NCBI GenBank assembly: GCA_051362555.1 | Contig: CM120644.1 | Location: 12,794,567 to 12,858,566 of the forward strand | Length of the DNA: 64,000 nt | Source: Lingula anatina | Lineage: Eukaryota; Animalia; Brachiopoda | Direction: 5' to 3' | Shown: positions 1-14,384 of the stretch, in pieces | Numbering within the stretch: position 1 is the first letter of the stretch | How the letters are laid out: the number at the start of each line of letters is the position of its first letter | Made by a program: the position numbers and the translations under genes | The notes under the pieces: generated by a model | Told to the model about the DNA's origin: nothing | The model's input: the letters and a program-made list of their open reading frames with translations, nothing else | The model's database searches: none

Positions 1-1783
1 TACATTGTTATAATGATTAAGTACATCACTGTGGCAACGAAGAATTGTCGCATTTACAAATTAAAAGAGCAATACCCCTCTTTTATTGACGGCAATATGC
101 ATCGAAGCACAACATTCCGTGAGACTCGCAATGCGAATAGCATGAAAGACATAATGTATGAAAAAAGCAATGGCAATTTAAGAACATTGTAAATTGGAAA
201 ACATCATAAAAACAAAGGGGTCACGTCCTATGAATCCGGGTTTTCTTGTATAAGACATGCTCAGACACGACAAAATGTGATTTTAGTTCGAGTGCACCCG
301 AGCACGACGGACTGAGATAGCATCGTTAATATTGGAATTGGATTTGCTTTAATTACGCCAAACAGAGACCCTTATCTAGCATAGTACCTGCCAAGCAAGG
401 ATGGAAAACACATTATAAGAATACAATACGATTATAGATTCACTAGAGCCAAAGAGCTACGTGTTTGCTGATTATAAGAGATTACATAAGCATCGTTATA
501 AGAAATTAAACCTCAATGTTCTTTGAATATTTATACCAATTTGAACTAACATTCATTTTGTATTCCCAACCCAGTATGGCCTTTACCTGAGTCCAGTTCT
601 ATCAAAGTATTGTCATACCTGAAAACTCACATGTGACGGAGAATGAAAATGGAGAGAATCGACATTTTACTTTCACCAATTTCTTTTTAACAGAGACTAT
701 TCAGGGACATTATTAATTAAGTTTGACAATATCCGGCTCTTTAATACTGATCAAATTGATTTATTTTCCTTGCAGGAAAAAATGTTACCTATTTCAGACA
801 ACAGAGAGTAGGGGCATCTTTGACGCCACTAGAGTTTTAATTTATACGAATGAGTTGCTTGTTGATGTGCCACAAGGTACCAACCAATAGTTCTAAGAGG
901 ATTACCATAGCGACGAAAAAAACCAATTCCTGTTAAGAGGTCATTTTAACCCTGCCCCTCCCACCGTTACCAGAATTATAGTTTAGCGAATTTGGAAAAA
1001 GTTGATTAGAAGATCTGACCTTGAGCTATAACTACAACAATTAAGTAACTTAACTGTTACTGCCATGTCGAATTTTGGTCTAGTACTTGCCTGCTTTTTC
1101 AAGTCATATTCTTAATAGTTTAACTAGCTATATTACATAGAGCAAACAAATGTGTTTCTTTTTAACATTATAGATATAGACACGTGTCATTTGTAAAACA
1201 CTTTTGATAAAATGTTATCAAAAAACACAAAACTTACCGTTTCGAGGTTTTAAATAACTTTCATGCCTGTTGGTGCTGTCGGTATAATTCGGCAGTCCAA
1301 CGTACTCTTTCGGTCTGTTGTCTTGCTAATGCTTTTCAAAATGTGCAAGGCACGGATACTTTAGAACTTGAATCATGTCCTTAATTCTAATTCCGTTTAT
1401 ACTTATGGGGTCAATTGATCTTTTCTAGGGTCAAGCTGTTTGACACGTATCTGCTACATTCGCGAACACAGTGACTGAGTATCTCAACAGAAAGAACCAT
1501 ATGTTTAAACGTCTCTTGATTCAAATGTGTCTATACATTTGTCTGAGAACCCATCCCAATTGCTTCTGAATTAGTCTGTAGGTGTGCCAAATAAGGTCAG
1601 GAATCGTGCGCTCCACTTTATATATATTGATGTACTTTTCTATTGTCATGGAAACCCGCGAGATACCATACAGCAGAACCAGTCAGAAACCGATCTAATA
1701 AAAACAATGCATTTGAATCCGAGCATTATTGGTCTTTTCTTTCGCGGTTCTGACATTTATACTTTCAAAATGAAATAACTTAC

Positions 1784-2035
1784 CTGATGATCCATTGTGC
1801 AGATTGCTTTCCAAAGCTTTTAAAGCAGTCAACTATACCTCGAAGCGTCCTTTTTGCCTCTTCAGTCGTTGCTCCATCAAATACGTCACTCTCACTTTAA
1901 TCGCAATAAAACTCTACAAGTGTTCTGGATTAGAAATTAATCATTCTGCCATCAGGTTCTCGTTCAAGGTTTTTTGGTGTGTCATGCTTGGACATCGTTT
2001 ACCATTATTGGGGAAGTTTCTGTCTGAGCAGTAAT
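1784..2035 (-). other. Possible first exon (5'UTR + M-D-H-Q) of a minus-strand gene running off the left edge
   Basis: Minus strand reads ACA ATG GAT CAT CAG|GTAAGT (ATG 1795-1793, consensus donor at 1783). A TATA-like TTTATAG lies near 2060. A second strong GTAAGT donor sits near 1238. No downstream coding exons were recognised. Confidence 0.3.
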
Positions 2036-5000
2036 GGAATAAGAGACACTTTTAAGTGGCTATAAAGTAATAAAGTGGTTATTATTGTGAAACATGATTG
2101 TTTCGAAAGCAAGTTTGACTGCTTCTATAACCCGTACATTTTATTAGGGCACGCACTTAAGTAAACCGTAATAATAAACAAGAATGTCGAACGTCAGTCC
2201 TCCGAAGTTTGTAAACAACCATTATGAGACATTCGAAATCAAATTACACCTAAATGCGTTTTTCATTTGATATAACATTAGCGTGCTGTGTATCTGAAAA
2301 AGGCGTAAATCCCGGAAGCTAAATGATCCGTTTTCCTAAACCCCAAAAGGTGGTTTAGTGCGTCATCAATCATGCACTGGGCTGTGGACTGTGTTTTGTG
2401 GGTTAACATATATCGCAAAAGTCGTAACAAGTTAGTTAAGGTGACTAAAACAATTACAAAGGCATGCAGACGTAGTTTTTTTCTTAATTGTGTTGATTTC
2501 AAAGTTATATACATTATGTTAGACAAACACAGGCTAAACCAGTCATTTTTATCTTCCATCTGTTATATTCGTGGACATAATTTGTCCATTGTGGTCACTT
2601 TGCTGATAAAGCCACGACAGTGCTTTAAGGTAAAGGTGCTTTTCAGTTTTTTTAATGTTCTCAACTACGAGGTCTCGTCTCAGGAATATTCAACAACAAA
2701 TAGAAACTGCATAAGTGCTAAAAGGTGGTGCGGCGACCTTTTAAAACAATTCTTTTAGACACATGTACTCCATTTTTAAAGGTCTTTTGTAAACATGGCC
2801 GCCTTGCATCAGTTTAAAAGATATGATATCTGAAGTCCGTGAAACAGGATTGTCCTTCACACCTTTGCCAATGAAACTGCACCAATTTTGGATATTTTAT
2901 TTGCAGCAGAACCGAACCGTCTGCTACCCACACCCAATTACGATTATTGGGGTGTGGTCGAAAAACAAACGCTTCTTTGTAATTGAATAAGTCAGAACGT
3001 CACCATTGTGCAATATAACTGTTAAAGATACTGAATATTGATCAGCGTGGTCACTAAAACCGATACTCGAATGAGAAAATGGAATCGAGAACTCAAATTA
3101 AGCCACGTTATGATATATTTCAGGTTACAGTTTAATTAGATTTAGTTGCGTGTTGCATTTGACCAGTTCCCGAGGCTAATTGACCTTAAGATAATTACGC
3201 ATTAACTTCTTTTAAATGTCATGCAATGAAAATAGTATTTTAAGTACATCGTCGCTTACATGTATGCCGTACTTAGGATTAATTTTCTTTGGCTTCGTAA
3301 GCTGAACATTTTATATAACGTGCTTTACATATTCAGAAACATCCAACCCTCTGCATGTGGTGTAAGTAAACTTCTTTTTAAAAAGGCCATACCCGACCTT
3401 AGCTACTGGTTTTATTTAATTAAAGAACATCTACGTGCATAACATGTATGGATGTTATGTTGTGTGCGACAACTCATGCTTCTTTATTGGCACGAACTCC
3501 TTAGATCAACCACATGTCGTAGCCCTTAGCATATCCCAAGACAACAAGTAGCTCAGCTAAGAGATCATTTGAGTGCATCGGCTTTACGCAGCACGACCCG
3601 ATTAAAGCGCTGAAGCTCAGTACGGTATCGCACTGAAACCTTTGCGGGCTCAATGTCTTCTGCGCTTTTCCGCTTCTGTTGGTGAAGTGCCATTCTTTAA
3701 AGATCCAGCGTTAACTAAGTCAGTACCAAGTCAGCACAAAAGTGCACTGTGAAATGAACTGCAAAAGGCGAACTCAGCGACTTTTCAAGGTTGACCTAGT
3801 CCTGTCCGGCGATCTACGATTGTTCCAGGTGGCTGCATTTTCCGTTCGCTTATTCCCGGTTGTTACGGTGAACTAGCAGCCGTAGATATTTGTAAGAAGT
3901 TAAGGACACGAAAACAAGATACTTTGTGATTTTTAAATGATTAAAAGTGCGGCAAAATGGTATATTTTATGGGTTAAAGTAAACAAGTTACGTCAGTGAT
4001 ACAACATTTTGTGTCATATTGGCATTGCTGTTTTGTATCGCTTTTCAATTCCTACTTTTTACATTGGAGGGTACGTAATAGTATAAAACAGCAAAAATAT
4101 TAAACAAGTCAGGATTATCTTAATACACAAAATGTGACGTCACTGACTTGATTCTGAGAGTCACTATTCTGTGCAGTAGTCCTATCAAAACATTAAAGAT
4201 AGATGGTACTGTACTTACAGCAACACCATGTTGAAAAGTTGAGCGCTCAGAGAGCAGTTAGCGGCTGTACTCAAACTCGTTTTTATCACTCTTGACAGCG
4301 TAATCTGATAATTTAAGCGAACGGAGACAGATGTCTACGGTTGTATCGTCTAGTCATCTGACGCAGGCAATGTACAACTTATAGAGCTCATCGATTCAAA
4401 TCAGACCGGTCCGTTTCAGATGCTTCTCCGGAGAGTTATCTTATCATTTCGTCGTCATGTAAAGAGACTCACGTTGACATAGCAGTGGCCAACATTCTCT
4501 TATGCGTTTTATACTTAAAAGACTGCCTTATCAATTAGAATCTTAAGACATAATGCAAAAATAAGTAAATAAATAAATCTAAAAGAGTATAAAAATACAT
4601 GGGCTTTTGTGTTTGAGGTAACAATATCGACCTAACAGTATAATGCTGGATTCAGAATTTATATAGAAAGACTGAAGGTAAAACAACATACGACCGCCAA
4701 TCGAGCAACGTGATGCTATTTTAAAAGTAGCCAACACTCGAAAAATACATAGAAGGAGAATCTGATATGTTGTCACAAATAGAAGAAATTCAATTATGAA
4801 AAAATTGACTGCCTAACGCAAAGCGCCCACGTCCGTAAGAATGTTTCACAAGAGAAGAATGTTTCAAAAGATTCAGATTGTAAAATGTGCTGTTGCCATG
4901 CTGAGAAAAATCCTTCTCTAATTTATCATTTATTGGAAAACTTATCATTCTTTGTCTTTTGGTCGATCTATTCCTTTATTCACTTTACGTGCTATTCCAC

Positions 5001-8000
5001 ATAGAAGTATAATTAATGTGATCTTTTTACACGCGCTCATTTATTCAACTTTTAATTTGTACATTTATTCACCATATTCATCTATTTGATTGAAATGTGT
5101 GAAATGAGTGCCATTCCCGTTTGACGAGAAAATCGTTTCATCTTGATTTTTCGCTACTATCAGTAATACAAACGCCAGTATTAATTAGTACCAAGTCATT
5201 TTAATAACGAGGCCATGTTTTGATTACTTTTAACCACAATGGACACTCGATCAATCTCGTTCCCACTCTCAGTGTCATGTTTTTATCCTTACGGATTGAT
5301 CTTGAGGTCGAAATTAATGTTTTAAATCCTTCCCGAAGGGATGATGTCTAAGACGCATAGTCGCCTTATAATGTGACCATCCAAGAAGACGCCGTTCGTT
5401 ATTTTCTGCTAGTAATTCCAAAACAACAGAAGACCGATACAACAAGTTGAGATCAGATCAGATGCTTAACAATGTGAAGAGTGACTTTTTTATAGGAAGG
5501 TCGATTGGATTAACGGATGGATGTGAAGTAGCTCTACGTTTCTAAACAGGATAAATGAAGTCAAGAAAATTCCCCAAAATAATTACCGAATATACCAAGC
5601 ATCTAAGTTTCCCCCCTTTAGTATTAAATATAAGGTTGGTAATGAAATTAGATTTAAAATATTCATAAATTTGCATGTCTCCCTACCTCACACACAAAAT
5701 TATCGCACTCGGTATAGTCACATCTTCGTAATTAATGCGGGAAAGACAGCCTCAACTAAATTTTCTGCAAAAAAGGCGTCGCTAAACAATAAGTTGTGAA
5801 AAGATGTAAATACATGTTATTTATCTAGGTAAATATCACGGCTGACTTTAGCTTTGCATACTCTGATTATATATATATTCGAGCGCCAGCTTATGGATAA
5901 TTCCGAAACAAAGTACAACTGAGGCTATTCCATAACACTAATATCTTTGAAAAGAAAGAGATAAAAGTATTCCTCCTGCAGGTGACAGGAATAGTGTTAT
6001 TGGTTGCTACCTCCATGTAGGATTCAGGACAGGATAACATACTTCGTAAAGGGAGTTCACTGTCTCGATTGAGTCTCGAACTTAACCAAATGGTTTGTTT
6101 TTGGCGTTTCACTTAGCACGATAAGAAATATGATAACTTTAGGCAAATGCTTCACTCATTTTCATCCGACACAGAATATATATGACAAAACAATGGGGTT
6201 GACCATACTAGGGAATGTGAAAAACACATGGGATTACTAGTAAGGAAAACATGCTACTACCATTGCGCCACTCATTTGACCAGTCGGCCATTGTCCTCAC
6301 AAATAATTGATTGGCAGTCTATCTATTGGACATTTGGGCTTCCATCTTAATATACTATCGTTACATCAAACAAGATATCTAAAAGGATACAGAAACAAAA
6401 TCAAGACGAATGGCTTCAAAGTAATTGAACAATGCACTCCACTTTTATGTGTTCGAACTTGCAAAATTTAATTGAATGGATAATTGACGTTCTCAAAGCA
6501 ATCAAATTAAATCTATGATAAAATGCAGTGAATGCACTTGCAGGCATTTGAACTCTAACTAAAAAATAAGGTGAGTGCAACCTAGCGAAAAGTACACTAA
6601 ATGAGACTAGCACCAGATGGAAAGCTTCTTTGCTATACATTGCACCGATGAGACATTGCACCATTGAAGTATTTAAAACCTCTAAACTGAAAAGGTGAAA
6701 CAAGCACCACATTCGCAAAAAAGAGTGCATTTACAGGAAGCAATGTTCGTTTTAAAGATAACTTACAGATGATCAGCTTAATGTAACAGTTGTCCCTTAA
6801 ATATGGTAAAGAACACAGGTAATGAAGAACCAATGGAGTTTGTTTCGAATTCAAATTGTCAATCTGTGTTCGTTTCCGCCTGGTAATGTGGTGCCTATAA
6901 ATATAACTCATGTTTAGTTCCTACACTATTTTCCACGTTCAACAAGATATGTGTGTCACAGGGCATACAATCCATTAAAGTTCACGCATATGTTGTTTCC
7001 CTTTATTGGAATCAAAATCATAGATTTTGTTTGCTCCCACATCAGATATTTGGTTGTCAATTTTATGTCCAGGTGACGCATTCTCAACAACGACACACAG
7101 AAGGGTATGAGTATGGTAGCTAGCAAGCTTCGTCTGGTTACCGCAGCACATGGAATACTATCTTTCAAACATTGGTAATAAGCTTCGCGATTAATATTTC
7201 TAATACTATATCATTGACCATCTGGTCTTTGAATATCTTCTTTCTTCTTTGTGCGTTCTGAAATACGTTCAACGCCATTTGGCAGACAAACATTGAGGTT
7301 TAATGTTATGCTACGCACATAAGGCAAAGAAAGTAACAATTTGGTTTACCTGGCGAAGTGGACGAATCGAAATCATAACTAGTGGTTTAATTATTTTAAT
7401 ACTACAGGCCCATGCATTCACCAAGCTAATCTAAAAAAATATGCAAAACCAATATGGCCGCTGACCTAAGAACCTTGACAAACTTGGTAACAGCTGCAAT
7501 GTATCAAAGTAACTGGCCATTCTTTTCAATTGTGCCTTTGAGATGTGCAGAATTCCAGACTATGTGGTACGTATAAGAGCCACGCGCTGGTTTTACTGTG
7601 GTTTTCAGTAGTTATACCAGGAACATTAAAGCTAAATGGGTGTCTCTCTGGCAGGAAGATCTGTCCTGTCTAGACTGCACAATCACTGATAGACTAATGT
7701 AGTCCTTCGATGACTGTTTTCACCTAAGCCAATCTGGGTCAATGTCTGTGTCTGAACGCACCCTTGACGACGTAATGAACATACCGGAGATTGTTTGCAA
7801 ATCACTTCTCCTTGCCTTCCGTAATAACGTTAGGGGATGATTACCTTTGTCCGCACTAGATAACTATGCAAACATGGACATCTTGTATCGTCTACCTTTA
7901 GAATTGAACTTCGTTTTGGATCTTGGCAGTTCTTAGAAAGTAATAATGGTTAATAGATATGGTTGATAGAAAAAGATAGAAATTGATTTAACACTGGAGC

Positions 8001-8871
8001 CAGGGGCGGCCATTTGGTGGGAGCTGACCGGGCAAGCAAGTGTAACGTAGCTGTCAAAAGCACATGTAGATTTCCGAACTCTCTCGTTTATCAAAAGATT
8101 TTCGCCTTGTTTGGTAATTTGAAATGAATAAAGGCTCCTTGGATGTTTTTGACTTCACCTTCAGACCAGATTCATGTAGTTCCTTGGAGCGTATACCAGT
8201 AGAATACAAAATTCTCACCGGCTTCTTTTTTCTGTTGATCCCACATATAAAGCATAAATCATGTATGAAAAAAATTAAAATTTGTGCTACAAATCATATC
8301 CATTGTAAATAAGGTCAATAAATCTATCAAATATGTGATATGCTGCGTTTCTAATCCCAATAGTTTGCCATACAAAACGTAGTAAAGAGATCCCATAAAT
8401 CAGGACTATCGTTTCAAGGTTTCTTTCCTGCTTTCATTGTTAGAAAGATGAAGATAGACAACCTTTAAGGAATAAATGGATAATCTTTGTGCAATCAATT
8501 TGACACTCCTGAAGTAAATAGCGATAGTAATTGTCTGGAATTATCATTACGTAAAACTGCGGATCACATATTTCTGGATGGTTATCCAATATATTTGATT
8601 CAATTCAGAGGAAATTGGTCGTCTTTTTGAAAGACGTAATATTGTTTTACTGTTAGGAGTTATAAAGAATGGGAGATAGCTACAAAATGACATAATCAAA
8701 TAAGACGTCCATATTGAAAAAAATCAGTAAATGTGGATTAGTCACCGGTATTGCAATTGCATATCCTGGTCGCCAAAGGCAGAGAAAGGGCAAAACATCA
8801 AAACTTGGATAACAATTGCTGTAATATCATTCTGTGGTGTTTGCTCATCTATATATATATATAAAAACATA

Positions 8872-10296
8872 CACTGTAAAAACGGTGTTTAGCATTTAAA
8901 TACATGCAACACACGTTAGGCACCTATACGCATTTAGAAATCTGTGTAAATGCTAAACGCGTATAGCTTTTCAAACGTTTCACAGAAGAAAAAGCTAGAC
9001 ACGTTGGCATTGTTACACGATTAGCTATGTGTTTAGCTTCACCGGCATATGATTCTATAACAAGTCTATCACAAGCTAAGCACATTGGCTAAGCACTTCC
9101 CCTGCTAAGCGCGTGAGGCTGCTAAACATATGGAGCTGCTATAGGTGTGGAATTCCTTAACGCGTGGAGCTGCTAAACAACATGTTTAGCTTTTCAAGCT
9201 CGTCACAGAAAAAAATGCTTCACAATCCCATATATACGATCCCATAACAAGTTTATTACAAGACTCAACAATTTTGCTTAACACTTCCCCTTGTAAACAT
9301 ATGGGGCTGTTGGAGGCGAGAAGCAGCCTACTCGAACGCGTTGTGTCCTTCCTTGCAGTAACGTGTGATTATTTAAAATAGGCCCATTAAGTAATAATCC
9401 AAATAACAAATAACGTTTTCACGACGTTATCAGCTGGTTACATGATGGTGATGGTATAGAATAACGTCATGGTAACGTTATGGGTGTTTTTAACTCCATG
9501 CAAAATGATGCACTTGCAGTTTTATAAGCGTTTTATAACATTCTGGAAAAACATTATTTAATGTTTTGAAAACTTTTTTTATTAATCACCAAAGCACGTC
9601 TTATGCTGTATGTACTACAGTTAGCGGTTAATTCCAAAATGGGCTTGGGTTAGTCGGCGACTAGAGCGGTGCGATTTGAAAAATATTCGGACTATCGTTA
9701 CCAAAAAAAAACAACATGTGACGTAAGCTTAAATAAACCATTATAATGAATACCCCACCATCATCCTGATGTTCTATTGTTCATTACTTCCGGAAAAAAT
9801 AAATGGACATCAATACCTTAACGCATTTTATCAAAATATGAAAAAAATGTTTTATAGTAAAAGTGATAGTTGTTTCGTGTCTTTAGTAAACTAGTGAATT
9901 TTCCTAACTTGTTTTACAGAAATATATTCCAATTAACTTCCTCGCAAGGTCAGCTAACACAAGGATGAATAAGTCCCGCTGTAAAGATGATGGTGTGAAT
10001 CAACTATGTTGACAGTTCACGGTACCCAGTTATAGATAGAGATATCTATAGCAGGTAAAGGTGACCGTGACTTCGCGCGCGCGCGCGCGTGCGTGTGTGT
10101 GTAGTGACTGAAACAGTTGAAAACGTTACAACCTTAAAGTTAAACAAATACACCCTACATTTATTAGGCGTGAGGCACGTCAAAGCGTGTAACATGTTAA
10201 TAGGCTAAACGTGTTTAGGTGCTAAACGCGTGGAAAAAATGAGACAAAACAGGCGCTTAGAAATGTGTCTCGGAGCTAAACACTGTTTTTACAGTG
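8872..10296. mobile_element. Non-autonomous CACTA/EnSpm(CMC)-like DNA transposon, ~1.4 kb
   Basis: Terminal inverted repeats CACTGTAAAAACGGTGTTTAGC (from 8872) and GCTAAACACTGTTTTTACAGTG (to 10296), one mismatch. TA flanks both ends. Many subterminal GCTAAAC/GTTTAGC repeats. No transposase ORF. Confidence 0.75.
10074..10102. repeat. (CG)n(TG)n alternating purine-pyrimidine tract
   Basis: cgcgcgcgcgcgcgcgtgcgtgtgtgtgt read directly. Confidence 0.9.
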
Positions 10297-13200
10297 TACA
10301 TGTACTGCAGTTCGATTTATTGTCTTGGATTCCTTTAATGTCGGAAAATATCAACACTTAGGTTGGAAAGCCTTGATTATACAATTAACAGCCACAAATG
10401 TTTGCTTTCAAAGAAAATATTGAACTATTCAATATAATAAAATCTTTAAATTACCATACATTTCGGTAATTACAATTCTCTGTTTCAATCACTTCAATTG
10501 TTTTGCAGAATCTTTTTCGAAATACAAACGTTGCTATATTTGAAAGCACACTACTGGTACATGTATTGCAGGAGAAGAATTTGGAATGAAAACGCATTGC
10601 ATGTATCTATAAAAATCGAATTGAATCAAAATTGAATTTCAAAAGTTTTCAGAAACAGTAAATGAAATCAAAATGAACTCACTTCTTGTGTTATGGCAAA
10701 GACATGTTTTAAAATGTGCTAGCCATCGGTATTTCTTCTAAGTTTAAATCAAGGTTTTTCGCGCATTTTACTAAAATACGCTGATTCGGTTATTAAAACA
10801 ATTCTGAAACCGCCTACAATGCACTTTCAAGTAGCGCACATGTGTGTTTTAATTTTCATGATAGCATGCTTAACTCTCTGGTGGTGTCATACGGACATCT
10901 CGTAAATATAAATGAAAGTTTCTTACCATGGAATCGGTTTACATCGAGCTGCATAAACATCAGATTTGTGCCCAACTGTTTTCAAGAAAGGATCGTATTC
11001 ACATCTCACATAACGGTAAGACGTGGGCAGAACGTAATACTTCTTTCAAACACAAGAAACAGATGAACTGCTAGAGCGGTTTCGAGAAACACAGATATAA
11101 GTTTATCGAACGCCAAGTACAAAATACAAAGCTTTAGATGACGGGAGTTCCTGTTCACTTCGGGAATAAATGAAACCTAGTTTCGGTACGAGTGGGTCTG
11201 ATCACATTTGTAATGTGGAGTAAAGATTCTGAAAGCACATGTACCATGGCATACCTGTTTGTCCGAATATTTATAGTCACACATTGACGCTACATGCAAT
11301 TCTACAGCGTGTTTAAGCTGTTTTTGATGTGAACTGGTCTCTAGGATTTCCAACGTATCGCCGTATGCAACCGCAAACACGGGCTTTTAGGCGCTAACAG
11401 CCTTATTGAAGTCCACCGCGATGTATAAGATATCTCTAATAATGCCAAGGACACTAAGAGGACACCATGTGACGTTGGGATATTGTAAAGACACCGTTTA
11501 CAGTGACATTAGAGAAACCAGGACACTCAGAACCCCAGAGGCAAATTAAGCACGGATTGAGCGAGAGCCTTTAAGTCGATTATTTTACAACACGCTTTGG
11601 CGTTCCTGGCTTCTTGGAATGAACGTACAGTTATGTTAAATGTCATTAGAGACTTGGCTAAATGCGTGATTTTGGTACTAAGAGTGACAAGCAGGATGAC
11701 CTCGAAGTGTATATCGTCCTCAATAAATCGGGCATTATTTGCCCTTTTCTGCTCGTAGTAGAAGAAGAGAAAAAAGCTTGATGTTAGAATACGTGAGCGA
11801 TGTATACGTACCTGTACCTACGTCAGCATACTTCAAACAGAAAGATTGCATTTTTTGTTATTTACAATAAAAACGGAGTAATATATAGTTGATTTTATAT
11901 AACATGGGCTTTTTGGGAGATTTTTCGAGCATTTCTCTTTTCTCTTTTATCTTTACGTTATCCTATAATCATTCTCTCAGACATTATTATACGTTCATCA
12001 GATAATAAAGCACACCGGCACTAATCCCTATTAACTTAATCTAAAAGAGATTGGGACAGAGCACAGTTTTTCCTCATTTGTGTCAAGTTTATTTCTTTTC
12101 TGCCCCCATTGATGGCCATTGAGGAAATAGGATTCTCGTGTTAAAACTAATGGCGACTGCCGCGTAAACCGCTAACTTCAATCATTGTGATTCTCTTTCT
12201 ATTCTCCGTATTTAAGGCTTCATGACTTCTATTCTACTCAACCCTGGTAATCCTCCAGGGCCGCCCAGACCGAAAATGCTTCATTCATTTTGAGATATTG
12301 CTACGACTGTGTGAACATATTAGAACTTCTTTATCGTATTTATGCACAGCGACATTAAGATTTCGTTTTTTTATGAAACGAGTTATCTCACTGGTAGTCT
12401 CCAACCAATGTCAAGGTTTTAATTCACCTCGGCGCCAAAAAGTCCCCTTTAGCCAGTGGTAAGAGAAACATGGCTGAAGTGAGGAAGTTCATATTCCTTA
12501 AAGTCCGTACAAGGCATATGTCTCAAATTAAAACCCTTTTCTAACAAGTATACAACTGTACTTTGTACGTTAAAGCGTGTCACAACCAATAGTTTGAACT
12601 CTTTCCTTTACCCTGAGGACGCCACTCCTCAAGTGTAATCTTCATATTTATCTTGATATGCTCCTGGCGTGCACAGGCAATTTTTTAAAATTCTGTTTTT
12701 TTTCCCTAAAATTACCATCGATTTTTTTTTTTGCTTTGTGATTTGTCTTTATATGACCCAAAGGGTGAAAAGTATGTTGAAATTGAACTTGGTGGTTTTT
12801 TGTTTTGAGTATTTTTGCTATTTTGAATGTCAACTGTGGGGGTTGACCGCTTTTGGCACTTGCGTTTGTCGTTGCGAAATGTACAGGCGAAATGTATTGA
12901 CTTACAGCAACAATAACTGATGTGTTTTGATAAAAAAACATTTTGAAAATAAATGTGCGGGGGAGAAGCATTTCCTCTAGCAGACGCGTTTCCAGGCAGC
13001 ATGACGTAATGTTTTCCCGAGTGGGTGACTAACAGAACATGATGGATCAGAGTGGCCAATGATCCCTTCCTGCGTGGGGCCGATGTAACAAAAAATGGCA
13101 TATTTCAGTATATCTCATTTTAATATCATGCTTTAGTGGTAACGCATTGACAAAAGGGATTTTGTCGCACCTAACGCATTTCAGAAAGAAAAAAAAAACG

Positions 13201-14384
13201 AAATTAGTTATATTAGTCCATGTTACGCTTATGAAAAATGAAATAGCGGCCAAGTCAAGTATAACATCGTTGATACAGACATTTCTTGCGTGTCCATTTA
13301 CAACGTGTAACTGAGATACCGGTAGTGCATTAATGAAACACAAAGAAATGACATCTATCGGTAACATGTTTTATTTCACGCTTTTACTTCCACCGAAGCG
13401 TCCAATCTTGTGAGTTGCGATTACAACTTCGAAGCCCCACAACCAGACAAATAATACAAAATAGCACAATAAACGCGCTCGTGATTCAGAAGCAATCACA
13501 GTTAATTAGTCTGCTACGGCCCAATATGTGTTTCAACATTAAAACAGTATACATATACACATGTAGCATAGCATTTGAATCAAACCCATACACACTTGGA
13601 ATTTTATTAATCCAAAATAAAGAAACAGGATCGTTTTGATTGCATTTATATATCCATATACCTTTATGTGCACCATGACGGCGAAGCCATGGAGAGAAGC
13701 CTATGAATATGCAAGTAAGTATATCGCCCAGGTTTGCAATAACCCTTGTATCCAAGGGAATGCTCTATAAAGAGGCATTTAAATGGCACATACACCTGAT
13801 AATTGTGAGACAAGAACTCTAGACACATGTATACTGACGATATACCATCTACGGAATAAATACATTTTGTCTCCAAAAACAGATATACGGTAGTCGCCGT
13901 TACAACATGGCTAAATACATGCATACCAATTACTGACCAAAATACATACCTTATGTACATGTACATATGAATGAGACCGTGTGTCCTTTTAAACCTTAAT
14001 GTTGTTTTTTTTTTTAATTTTGTTTCCCTTGAGTGTGTGTGATAAGGATAATTTCATTTTCTATACACTTTATGATGAATATCGTTACACTGTTTGCATC
14101 AAAGAGCATCGCCAAATATACATGTAGCTTACAGGAGATATATCCACTGAAGATCCTTTAAAACAATGCCAGAGAACAAAACCTTTTAAGAATATCCCTA
14201 TTCCCTATGTACAGCTGTCGCTCTTGACTAACAGAAACGGTTAGCTCTACGAGGAGACCTATTAGGACTTGCTGAGTTCGCCCAGTTATTTTTTAAGTTC
14301 TACTACTGTGAACCCCTTCCCAAACTGGGCGACTTTTCCGTTGTCTTTGTCAGATGGAGCTGTAGTCATTTCGATGTGGGGTGA

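Noticed and set aside
12540-13400. Overlapping 80-130 aa ORFs suggesting a gene or transposon
   Set aside because: Low-complexity translations with no motifs or splice-consistent model. It may be a decayed repeat, but I could not define termini.
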